Source: Vibrio mytili (GTDB taxonomy: Bacteria; Pseudomonadota; Gammaproteobacteria; Enterobacterales; Vibrionaceae). From it: a stretch of 40,000 nucleotides of DNA. Each line of letters starts with the position of its first letter. The first letter of the stretch is position 1. The notes beneath the pieces were generated by a model. The model saw nothing but the letters and a program-made list of their open reading frames with translations. It made no database searches and had not been told where the DNA came from. The stretch is from contig NZ_JXOK01000010.1 in NCBI RefSeq assembly GCF_000830505.1, forward strand, positions 83,794 to 123,793, read 5' to 3'. Positions 9,778 through 18,242 of the stretch are shown here, one piece after another. The position numbers were made by a program, and so were the translations under genes.

Positions 9778-10722
9778 TTAACGTTTATTACGCAAATAAC
9801 GTTTACGTCGCTCTTCTTTACGCTTGGCTTTTTCTTCTTCTTTACGAGCAGTTTCCACTTCAACCTCGATCAACTCTTGTGTGATCATTTCCGGACGTTC
9901 AAGGGTAATTTGACCTAGTGTACCTTGACGAAGCTCGTGCAAAAGAATTTCGGATACTTTGTGTAGGTCGACTCGGCCACCTGCTCGCAATGCACCACGA
10001 CGACGGCCAATTTCTTCCATAATTTCAATGTCTGATTCTGGCAGCTCTTCAATTTGGTAACGGTCTTTGATCTTTTCTGGATATTCTGCTGCTAAATACT
10101 CAATGGTATAGAACGCCACTTCGTCATATTCCATCGCTGTATCTTTTACGGCACCAGTGGCTGCAAGGCGGAAACCACTATGTGGATTTTCTACCTTTGG
10201 CCACAAAATTCCAGGCGTATCAGACAATACGATGCCATTTTGCAAGTTGATGCGTTGTTGACGACGTGTGACTGCTGGTTGGTTCCCGGTCACGGCTATC
10301 GTGCGACCCGCAAGCGTGTTGATAATGGTTGATTTCCCAACGTTTGGAATGCCCATGATCATGGTACGAATATTTTTACCGATCTCTTCGCGATGCGGCG
10401 CAAGTTTACGACAAAGTTCCATGATCTTATGCACTTCTTGAGGCTCTGACGTCGTAATTGCCATTGCTTTGACATGCTGCTCTTGTTCAAGGTGCTCGAT
10501 CCATAGTTGCGTTAACTCGGGATCAGCTAGGTCACGCTTATTTAATACTTTGACGACGGGCTTATCGCCACGAATTTGAGAGATCAAAGGGTTTTCGCTG
10601 CTGAAAGGAATACGTGCATCCAGTACTTCAATGATCACATCCACTTGTGGAATTGCTTCTTCGATCTCTTTACGAGCTTTATGCATGTGACCCGGAAACC
10701 ACTGGATTGAGTTATTAACCAT
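9778..10722 (-). CDS. ylqF: ribosome biogenesis GTPase YlqF/RbgA
   Basis: The N-terminus QWFPGHMHKARKEI is characteristic. The G motifs are circularly permuted: NKRDL (G4) precedes GIPNVGKST (G1) and DTPG (G3). The C-terminal tail is basic. Confidence 0.9.
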   Translation of the reverse strand: MVNNSIQWFPGHMHKARKEIEEAIPQVDVIIEVLDARIPFSSENPLISQIRGDKPVVKVLNKRDLADPELTQLWIEHLEQEQHVKAMAITTSEPQEVHKIMELCRKLAPHREEIGKNIRTMIMGIPNVGKSTIINTLAGRTIAVTGNQPAVTRRQQRINLQNGIVLSDTPGILWPKVENPHSGFRLAATGAVKDTAMEYDEVAFYTIEYLAAEYPEKIKDRYQIEELPESDIEIMEEIGRRRGALRAGGRVDLHKVSEILLHELRQGTLGQITLERPEMITQELIEVEVETARKEEEKAKRKEERRKRYLRNKR

Positions 10723-11089
10723 TTGAAAAATATGCCTTTAGTTTTTATGGTTAAGCTGGTGGGGTATCAAGTGGGGTACCAAAAATTCAAATAACATCAT
10801 AGGGTACCAGAGTGTTTTGCTATTCACTTGTTGCCACAGCAGCATCGGTGAGGACATCTTAACATTTTATTGTTGGTACTAAAATGTGATTACCTAGAAC
10901 GAAACTCCAAATACTTGCATTGTTCTTGATGACCGTTTTCCGACCTCTACATTTGGCAATCGCTATTTAACCGTTTGCATAAAATGCAAAAATAGTTGAA
11001 AGATTTAAAAAAAATTGAATTAACTTAATAAATAGTGATTTGCATCAAGAAATTGGTGTAAGAATGTACTTACTGTTATACAACGTTGT

Positions 11090-11181
11090 GGAATGAGATG
11101 GGGTCTGGTGGCCCTCTTGGTCTTCAAAACCAAAGTGAGCCGCACAGGCTTTGGTAGGTTCGATTCCTGCCTCTTCCGCCA
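11090..11181 (+). tRNA. selC: tRNA-Sec (anticodon UCA)
   Basis: 92 nt that aligns by eye with E. coli selC. It has a 6-bp D stem with a 4-nt loop (GGGGTC-TGGT-GGCCCT) and anticodon loop CTTCAAA with TCA at 11124-11126. It also has a long variable arm (11134-11153), T arm GTAGG-TTCGATT-CCTGC, discriminator G and encoded CCA. The acceptor 5' strand GGAATGAG has 8 nt but the 3' strand CTCTTCC has only 7 nt (see findings). Confidence 0.85.
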
Positions 11182-11248
11182 ATTTTGTCACTATATCAAT
11201 CGCCTTCGTAGTGACCTTGTTGCATTGATAAGATAACAAGGAATCATT

Positions 11249-12661
11249 TTGAACTCACAATCACCCCAGCCACCGCAGCGTTCAGAGGTGAGTGCTCCTC
11301 GCATCAATTACCGTCTTCCTCAAGTCGAACAACTACTACAACTCTCTATTCTTGCCCCTTTTATCGGTCTACTGAGCCGTCCTGTTGTCACCGATATTAT
11401 TCGAACTGAGCTTGAGAGCATTCGTCGTTCGGAAGATTTTAAGGAAAAAGGGACTCAGGACATTGATGTCAATCTACGCATTATAAAGCGTTGTGAGCGC
11501 GTGACATTGCAACGCCAGCATCGAGTCATTAATGCCACCGGCATTGTTCTACACACTAATTTGGGCCGCTCTCCGTTACACACCAACGTATGGGAAGCGG
11601 TCTCGGATGTGAATACTGGTTACACCAACTTGGAAATTACGCTGGAAAACGGCAAGCGTGGTGGTCGAAATGGGCTACTGCCTACTTTAGTAAGAAGTTG
11701 GCTTGGTGCAGAGAACGTACTATTAGTGAATAACAATGCCGCGTCGGTGTATTTGGTGCTACTGGAGTTAGCGAAAGGCAAAGAGGTGATTGTATCTAGA
11801 GGTGAGCAAGTTCAAATCGGTGGCGGCTTTCGTATCCCTGATATTCTGATGTTATCGGGCTGCAAACTGGTTGAAGTGGGAACGACGAACGTTACCACGG
11901 CTGATGACTACATTAACGCGATTACCGAAGATACGGCGTTGGTTTTGATGGTGCATCAATCGAACTTTTTTATCGGTGGATTTACAGAATCCCCCGACAT
12001 TCGCGAGGTGAAACGTCGCTTGCCAAGTCATGTTAGTTTGGTGATTGATCAGGGGTCAGGTATGTCGAACGAAAGCTTTGCGCCGGATGAGACGCAACTG
12101 GCGTCCTATTTAGACATGGGTGCGGATTTGGTCTGTTTTTCGGGGGACAAAATTCTGGGCGGTCCACAAGCAGGTCTGATCGCAGGCAGGGACGAACTCA
12201 TCCAACGTTTGGGTCGTAACCCGATGATGCGGGCATTTCGTTGTGGACGCATCATTTTGTCGCTGATAGAAGAGCTGTTGGTTCGCAAGCTCAATCAAGA
12301 AACCTCCGGACAGGGCATCGCAGAGCGTACGCTTGCCAACTTGTCGAATATACGTCAATGGTGTGAGGGGCTTGCGCAGCGTTGGCATCATTGGGTGACA
12401 TTTGTCGAATTGTCGACCCAAGTTGGCGGTGGAACCATACCAGCTCAAACGTACCCTGGATGCGGCTTAGTGCTCAACACGCCGCTTAAACCGCAAGCGC
12501 TGCTCGACCATTTGCGTCTTGGTTCGCCCGCTATTTTAGGTTATCTGCACAATAATCAAGTAGTGCTGAATCTCACCACGGTACTTGAGGAAGATCAAGC
12601 TGCGTTTGTCGACCGCTTGGATACCTTTTTTCACCAGTTAGATCGTGGTGACTTTTCATGA
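11249..12661 (+). CDS. selA: L-seryl-tRNA(Sec) selenium transferase (selenocysteine synthase)
   Basis: Collinear with E. coli SelA, sharing VLHTNLGR, VNNNAA, SRGEQVQIGGGFRIPD and the PLP-lysine motif FSGDKILGGPQAG. TTG start with an AAGGAA SD 5 nt upstream. ATGA overlap with selB. Confidence 0.9.
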   Translation: MNSQSPQPPQRSEVSAPRINYRLPQVEQLLQLSILAPFIGLLSRPVVTDIIRTELESIRRSEDFKEKGTQDIDVNLRIIKRCERVTLQRQHRVINATGIVLHTNLGRSPLHTNVWEAVSDVNTGYTNLEITLENGKRGGRNGLLPTLVRSWLGAENVLLVNNNAASVYLVLLELAKGKEVIVSRGEQVQIGGGFRIPDILMLSGCKLVEVGTTNVTTADDYINAITEDTALVLMVHQSNFFIGGFTESPDIREVKRRLPSHVSLVIDQGSGMSNESFAPDETQLASYLDMGADLVCFSGDKILGGPQAGLIAGRDELIQRLGRNPMMRAFRCGRIILSLIEELLVRKLNQETSGQGIAERTLANLSNIRQWCEGLAQRWHHWVTFVELSTQVGGGTIPAQTYPGCGLVLNTPLKPQALLDHLRLGSPAILGYLHNNQVVLNLTTVLEEDQAAFVDRLDTFFHQLDRGDFS

Positions 12662-14468
12662 GCGGCGTTAATACCTTACCACAGACGGTGATTGGCTTGG
12701 CGGGGCACGTCGATCACGGTAAAACCACATTAGTGAAAGCGCTGACTGGCATGATGACCGCTCGCCCGCATGAACAAGAACTGGGTATGACTCAGGATTT
12801 GGGCTTTGCACATTTCGAGGACGAACAAGGTCGCACCATCGGCATCATCGACGTGCCGGGGCATGAGCGTTATGTGCGCAACATGGTGGCCGGTGTTTGG
12901 CATATCAATATTCTGTTGTTGGTGATTTCCGCCACTGAAGGATGCATGCCAATGACCTTTGCTCACATGCGATTGGCGCGCGCGATGGGCGTTAAAGACA
13001 TCGTGGTGTGTATCAATAAAAGCGATCTCGTCAGTGATCAAGTGCTGGCGGAAGTTGAAGAGTCAGCATTAGAAAGCATCATGGACATTACCGGCATCGT
13101 GCCCGAAGTGGTGTGCGTCAGCGCGCTAACGGGACACAACGTCGATAAATTGCGCCAAACCTTGCTGGAGATGGTTGCGCGAGTTGAGTTGTCTGATGTG
13201 ATGCCGGGTGATGCGGCCACGCCGCTGCTGTATGTGGATCGCGTTTTTGTGGCCAATGGCGTCGGCACGATTGTGACCGGAACTCTGGCCCAAGGCACCG
13301 TAAGCATTGGCGATAAATTACTGAGCCCTAGTTGTGGCACGGTGGGCGCTATCCGTTCGATTCAGTGTTATCACCAACAAGTGAACGACGTCACGGCGAC
13401 TTGTCGAGTAGCGCTCAATATCAAAGGCTTAAGCCGAAAACAGGTGCAGCGAGGTGACTTGCTGTGCGCGCCTTCGGCTCCTGTGACGCTCACTGACTCA
13501 TGCATCGTACGGCTCAACGATCGCTATAGCGATGTGAGTCTATCCCGTGCAACTGAAGTGGAAGTAGCGGTGGGCACCTGGCATGGCCTTGCGCAGTGCA
13601 TTCCTTTGCCCAACACCCAGTTGGCGCGCTTGCTGTTTCGTGAGCCACGTCCGATGTTCTTTGGTCAGCGTTTGGCGATTATTCAAAGCAGCGGTCATGG
13701 ATTGCTGGCTCAAGCGGATGTGGTGTGGACATCGTTTATTGCGAAAGCGCGTAAACGTGCGATCTACCAAGCGTTGTCTACCTTGCCCGAGACGCTCACG
13801 GCGCATGCGCAACTGGATATGCTGCTGCAGCTGCAAGGCTACTATTCGGTTGAGTTATTGTGTGGTGAATCGGCGACGCAAGGCGTGGTCGAAGGCCAAT
13901 ATGTGTTTGATCCGCAATGGCTGGCTGAGGCACAAGCGCGCGTCATTCAGCTATTGTCTGAAGGTCGTGCGATGGGGCCGGGTGAACTGTCGAGTTCACT
14001 GCAAATCGAACCAGAAATCGTGCAGGTGCTGACTCAACAGCTAAAACAGCAAGAACGTATTTTTTACAGTTACGCTAAGTGGCAGTTAGGCAGCGGGCAA
14101 AGCGAAGATGAATTACCCGAAGTGGCGCAAACCATTTTGCGTCTTACGCGTGAAGCCGGACAAGCGGGTTTGGAGCTCAATAAAGTTTCGCTTGGTCATG
14201 ATAAAAAGTGGCTTCGGCAGCTCGCTCATCAGAAATACATTACTGCGATTGATGAGCAAATCTACTTCGATATGGGCGTGTATCGTGCGCTGGTTAACCA
14301 AGCTATTGGCGACAATCAACCTACGAACGAGTTACATTGCAAGAGATAAAACAGCGCGTGAATTTGAGTCGTAAATACCTCATCCCGTTTGTGAATCGAA
14401 TGGAAAAAGATGGTTGGTTCCGCCGAGATGATGAGGTTCGAATAATCCTAAAATCCGCCGAAGAATAA
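12658..14468 (+). pseudogene. selB: selenocysteine-specific elongation factor SelB, frame interrupted near the 3' end (or assembly indel)
   Basis: GTPase motifs GHVDHGKTTL, DVPGHE and NKSD are present. The main frame stops at 14347-14349. The neighbouring frame is open 14298-14468 and encodes TLQEIKQRVNLSRKYLIPFVNRMEKDGWFRRDDEVRIILKSAEE, the expected terminal winged helix. The span length is 2 mod 3, so one base is missing. Confidence 0.85.
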
Positions 14469-14511
14469 GCTAAATCGTATCATAAAATAACATTAACATG
14501 GACAGTAAAAC

Positions 14512-14544
14512 GCAGAGGTAACCCCTCTGCCGTTTTATTTTTTT
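14512..14544 (+). terminator. Rho-independent terminator after selB
   Basis: GCAGAGG-TAACC-CCTCTGC hairpin followed by CGTTTTATTTTTTT. Confidence 0.85.
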
Positions 14545-14557
14545 GGACGGAAAAATG

Positions 14558-14608
14558 TGCGTGTCGTCACAAGTGTCGACTGGGAGTGTCGAGGGAGATG
14601 TCGACACC
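14558..14608 (+). promoter_or_regulatory. putative FhlA-type enhancer (UAS) upstream of hycB
   Basis: Four TGTCG(A/T)C motifs occur within 50 nt (14562, 14574, 14587, 14599), including CACAAGTGTCG at 14568-14578. The same 11-mer recurs upstream of hydN. The site is centred about 115 nt upstream of the sigma-54 promoter start region. Confidence 0.5.
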
Positions 14609-14653
14609 AAATAATGCGTTTAAATAGAGAACAATATAAGACTTTGCTTTTAG

Positions 14654-14673
14654 TTAACTTGTTGTTTTTAAAT
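14654..14673 (-). promoter_or_regulatory. IHF-like bending site (20-bp element shared with the hydN promoter region)
   Basis: TTAACTTGTTGTTTTTAAAT is the exact reverse complement of 22388-22407. On the minus strand it contains AAACAAcaagTTA, an 8/9 match to the IHF core WATCAANNNNTTR. It lies between the UAS and the -24/-12 element. Confidence 0.4.
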
Positions 14674-14696
14674 GGTTTAAATTTGATTTTTTATCC

Positions 14697-14712
14697 TGGC
14701 ATATTTTATGCT
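14697..14712 (+). promoter_or_regulatory. sigma-54 (-24/-12) promoter of the hyc operon
   Basis: TGGCATATTTTATGCT has the GG and GC dinucleotides at the canonical spacing of TGGCAC-N5-TTGC. It lies 34 nt upstream of the hycB ATG. Confidence 0.7.
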
Positions 14713-14745
14713 TAATAGGGGTACTATTAACAACCAGGGTATACT

Positions 14746-15351
14746 ATGAAAAGCTTTGTGGTTGCCGACCCAACAAAATGCATTGGCTGTCAAACGTGCA
14801 TGGCAGCATGTTCAGATGTGCATAAGAAACAAGGGTTGCAAAGTCATCCTCGTTTAACCGTAGTCAAGCATAACGACGCGACTGCGCCGATTATGTGTCG
14901 ACATTGTGAAGACGCACCTTGTGCGACGGTTTGTCCGGTTAACGCGATCAAAAAAGAAGAGGATCGCATCCTCTTACAGGAAACATTGTGCATAGGTTGT
15001 ACCTTATGTGCTGTAGCGTGTCCGTTTGGCGCGATCGCGCTAGATGGCAGTCGCCCCGTTGCGATGTCAAATAGCTACGAAACCTTTATCCCTTCGACGC
15101 CGCGTTCTAGTAATCCTTGTACTTCAAATCCAAAAAACTTTGGCCATGATCTTTTGGCTTGGGAACCGGGCGTGAAAAGCATCGCCGTGAAGTGTGACTT
15201 GTGCGGATTCCGCGATAAAGGCCCTGCGTGTATAGAAGTGTGTCCAACAGGCGCGATCGTGCTGGTGGACGAAGCGAGTGCTTTGCAAGCGCGTGATGCG
15301 AAACGTGAAGCGGCCTCTAGTGTCTCCGCTGTTGTCAAAATGGAGTCGTAA
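14746..15351 (+). CDS. hycB: formate hydrogenlyase 4Fe-4S ferredoxin subunit HycB
   Basis: Collinear with E. coli HycB (MNRFVIAD..CIGC..). Four Cys clusters are present: CIGCQTCMAAC, CRHCEDAPC, CIGCTLCAVAC and CDLCGF..ACIEVC. Confidence 0.9.
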   Translation: MKSFVVADPTKCIGCQTCMAACSDVHKKQGLQSHPRLTVVKHNDATAPIMCRHCEDAPCATVCPVNAIKKEEDRILLQETLCIGCTLCAVACPFGAIALDGSRPVAMSNSYETFIPSTPRSSNPCTSNPKNFGHDLLAWEPGVKSIAVKCDLCGFRDKGPACIEVCPTGAIVLVDEASALQARDAKREAASSVSAVVKMES

Positions 15352-15353
15352 CC

Positions 15354-17285
15354 ATGAATCCTCTTGTACTTACCGCGTTATCGCTGTGTGGTTATATCGC
15401 TGCGGCGTTTGTGGCCATGTTCTCTCGTAATCATGAGCGGGAAAACCTGCGTTTATCCAGTGTGATCAGTATGTTTGCGGGCATATTGAGTCTGATTTCT
15501 GCTGTGGCTGTGATCGTCCATCCGATGGGTCATACGCTCGAATTTAGCTTGTTTTACGATGTATTTGTATTGGATAAATTATCTGCGTTGTTGCTGCTGG
15601 TGATTGCGATTGTTTCCATCGCCGCAGCGGGATACGCGATGAATTATCTTGATGAGTACCTAGGCAAAGGTGCTGGTTCCATTACAGTATTATTTAACCT
15701 ATTTGCTGGTGCGATGACTGCGTTAGTTGCAGCCAATCAAGCGATCGCGTTCTTAATTATTGTTGAAATCATCTCAATCAGCTCGTTTGCTTTGGTGATT
15801 CAAGGAAACACTGCTGCACACCGTAAAGCAGGTTTACATTACTTGGTCATGGACCATGTGGCGAACGTGTTTATCGTCGCTACCTTTGCAATTTTGGCTT
15901 ACCACGCTAACAGCCTGATGTTTAGCGATTGGATTGCCACACCACCTCAAGGTGAATTAGCGTCGTTGACCTTTGTATTGGCGTTAATTGGTTTTGGCAT
16001 TAAATCCGCTGGCATTTTCTTCCACGAATGGCTGCCTAAAGCGTACCCATTGGCGCCGTCACATTGTGCAACGCTGATGTCATGCGTAATGGTGAAACTG
16101 GGCGTTTACGGTTTGTTGAAAGTGGCCATTGTTTTCCTTGGTGCCACTCAATGGTGGTGGGGTTTGGTCGTGCTGATCTTTGGTGCGCTGTCTTCCGTTT
16201 TGGGCGTGATGTTTGCGCTGGCTGAACACAACATTAAACAACTGTTGGCGTACCATTCCGTTGAAAATATTGGGATCATCCTGATGGGCGTGGGCGTGAG
16301 TATGATGGGCATTGCGACCGATCACATGGTGATAGCAGTGCTGGGCTTGCTGGGCGCGCTGTATCACTTGCTCAACCACGCAGTGTTCAAAGGCTTGTTA
16401 TGTTTGGGGTCGGGATCGTTAGTTTACCGCCTGCACACCAAAGACATGGAAAAAATGGGCGGTTTGGCGAAACGCATGCCCAAAACCGCGCTGACTTTTT
16501 TAATTGGTAGCATGGCGATTTCTGCGCTGCCACCGCTAAACGGCTTTGTCAGTGAATGGTTTATTTACCAATCTTTATTTTCCATCAGCCAAACAGGTAG
16601 TGTGGCGCATCTAATCTTTGGTCCGTTTGGTGCAGTGATGCTGGCATTGACCGGCGCACTGGCGTGCATGTGTTTTGTCAAAGTGTACGGCATCTGTTTC
16701 GGTGGCGCGCCGAAATCTGAAGTTGCGGAAAGTGCTACCGAAGTGGGCAACGCGATGGTGAATGCGACCATTGGCCTATCTGTGCTGTGTGTGGTGTTGG
16801 GCATTGCTTCACCATGGATTGCACCGTACATCGCTGATATTGCCAGCGCAACACTACAAACGGGCGAAGTCACTGTAGCGCAAGGTATGTCGTTGTTCCC
16901 TGCCAGCAACATGCAGGCGCTCCTATCAACGCCGCTGATTTTGTGCGCACTGACACTGTTGCTGTTGGTGCCAACGGCGATTCTGGCTTTCCACAAACGT
17001 GAACGCTTAGCTAACCGACAACAAGGTGACCCTTGGGCGTGTGGTTACCAATACGAACAAAAAATGACGGTCTCTGCGGGTGGCATCACTCAGCCGATGC
17101 GTCACATGTTCCGCTATATCTATCAATCTCGACCTAACCGCACTTTGACGGAGCGTTTCTTACGCTCACAACCGACTGTGGGGGAAGAAATCTCGCGTGG
17201 GGTGTATCGCAGAACCATGGTGTTCTGGATTGGCCTTGTTGTACTTTGCACGATCTTTTTCCCGTTAATTTCTGGAGTTATTTAA
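15354..17285 (+). CDS. hycC: hydrogenase-3 membrane subunit HycC (NuoL-like antiporter subunit)
   Basis: 643-aa polytopic protein collinear with E. coli HycC (e.g. LAYHSVENIGIILMG, LNHAVFKGLL, PPLNGFVSEW). GGAG SD. Confidence 0.9.
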   Translation: MNPLVLTALSLCGYIAAAFVAMFSRNHERENLRLSSVISMFAGILSLISAVAVIVHPMGHTLEFSLFYDVFVLDKLSALLLLVIAIVSIAAAGYAMNYLDEYLGKGAGSITVLFNLFAGAMTALVAANQAIAFLIIVEIISISSFALVIQGNTAAHRKAGLHYLVMDHVANVFIVATFAILAYHANSLMFSDWIATPPQGELASLTFVLALIGFGIKSAGIFFHEWLPKAYPLAPSHCATLMSCVMVKLGVYGLLKVAIVFLGATQWWWGLVVLIFGALSSVLGVMFALAEHNIKQLLAYHSVENIGIILMGVGVSMMGIATDHMVIAVLGLLGALYHLLNHAVFKGLLCLGSGSLVYRLHTKDMEKMGGLAKRMPKTALTFLIGSMAISALPPLNGFVSEWFIYQSLFSISQTGSVAHLIFGPFGAVMLALTGALACMCFVKVYGICFGGAPKSEVAESATEVGNAMVNATIGLSVLCVVLGIASPWIAPYIADIASATLQTGEVTVAQGMSLFPASNMQALLSTPLILCALTLLLLVPTAILAFHKRERLANRQQGDPWACGYQYEQKMTVSAGGITQPMRHMFRYIYQSRPNRTLTERFLRSQPTVGEEISRGVYRRTMVFWIGLVVLCTIFFPLISGVI

Positions 17286-18239
17286 ATGTATTCACTAGAA
17301 ATTCCCAGCTTGAACTGGGTGATCTTTGCAGTGTTCCAAGCGTTGCTGATGTTATGTTTGGCACCGCTGGCGACTGGTTTTTCTCGTGTTATTCGAGCCA
17401 GAATTCACTCTCGCCGTGGTCCTGGCATTCTGCAGGACTATCGCGATATCGGTAAGTTGTTACGCCGCCAATCGGTGGCGCCGGCCAACGCCAGCTTTGT
17501 GTTTTGGATGATGCCATGGGTGCTACTAACTAGCTTGTTACTGATCTGTATGTCGCTGCCAACCTTCACCAGCATGTCGCCATTTCCTATGTCGGGCGAT
17601 CTGATCACCGACATCTACCTGTTGGCGATTGGCCGTTTTTTCTTCTCATTGTCGGGCATTGACTCTAACAGCATGTTTGCCGGTATGGGCAGTAGCCGAG
17701 AGTTAACGCTGGGCATTTTGATTGAACCGATCTTTATCCTCGCGATTTTCATAATGGCACTGGGCGCAGGATCGACCGACCTGGGTGTGATCAGCCATGT
17801 CGTGCAAAGCGGCGAGTGGGTGCGTCCTGTTACTTACTTGTTTGCAGGCATTGCGTGCGCGTTTGCGGTGTTTGTGGAAATGGGCAAACTGCCGTTTGAC
17901 AGCGCTGAAGCTGAACAAGAATTGCAAGAGGGTCCTGCAACGGAATATTCCGGTGCGGGTCTGGCGATGGTAAAGCTGGGCTTGGGCTTGAAACAACTGG
18001 TCGTGGCGCAGCTGTTTTTGGCCATTTTCATTCCTTGGGGTCGCGCGGCGAATCTAGGTGGTGCTGAGCTATGGAGCGCTGCGTTGCTCCTGTTGGTGAA
18101 ACTGTTCGTCGTGTTCTTGTTAGCTGGCATCGTCGAAAACTGCATGGCGCGAATTCGCTTTCTCAACATGCATCGAACTGTGTTCCCCGTAATTGGCGGC
18201 ACCGCTCTTGCGTTGGTCTTTTTTATTTTTGGTTGGTAA
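17286..18239 (+). CDS. hycD: hydrogenase-3 membrane subunit HycD (NuoH-like)
   Basis: 317-aa membrane protein in the conserved operon position. It has a NuoH-like EAEQELQEGPATEYSG loop and a GGAG SD. Confidence 0.9.
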   Translation: MYSLEIPSLNWVIFAVFQALLMLCLAPLATGFSRVIRARIHSRRGPGILQDYRDIGKLLRRQSVAPANASFVFWMMPWVLLTSLLLICMSLPTFTSMSPFPMSGDLITDIYLLAIGRFFFSLSGIDSNSMFAGMGSSRELTLGILIEPIFILAIFIMALGAGSTDLGVISHVVQSGEWVRPVTYLFAGIACAFAVFVEMGKLPFDSAEAEQELQEGPATEYSGAGLAMVKLGLGLKQLVVAQLFLAIFIPWGRAANLGGAELWSAALLLLVKLFVVFLLAGIVENCMARIRFLNMHRTVFPVIGGTALALVFFIFGW

Positions 18240-18242
18240 CAG

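Noticed and set aside
11090-11181. selC as the integration site of a genomic island, as with the LEE/SHI-2 islands at E. coli selC. This would make the FHL block a mobile island.
   Set aside because: I found no integrase, excisionase or other mobility gene, and no direct repeat of the tRNA 3' end near the far boundary (37.7-38.1 kb). The adjacent genes are functionally tied to the tRNA.
11045-11239. A 64-aa minus-strand ORF in the track.
   Set aside because: It lies entirely over the tRNA-Sec gene and its flanks, and has no SD or recognisable family. It is a spurious shadow ORF.
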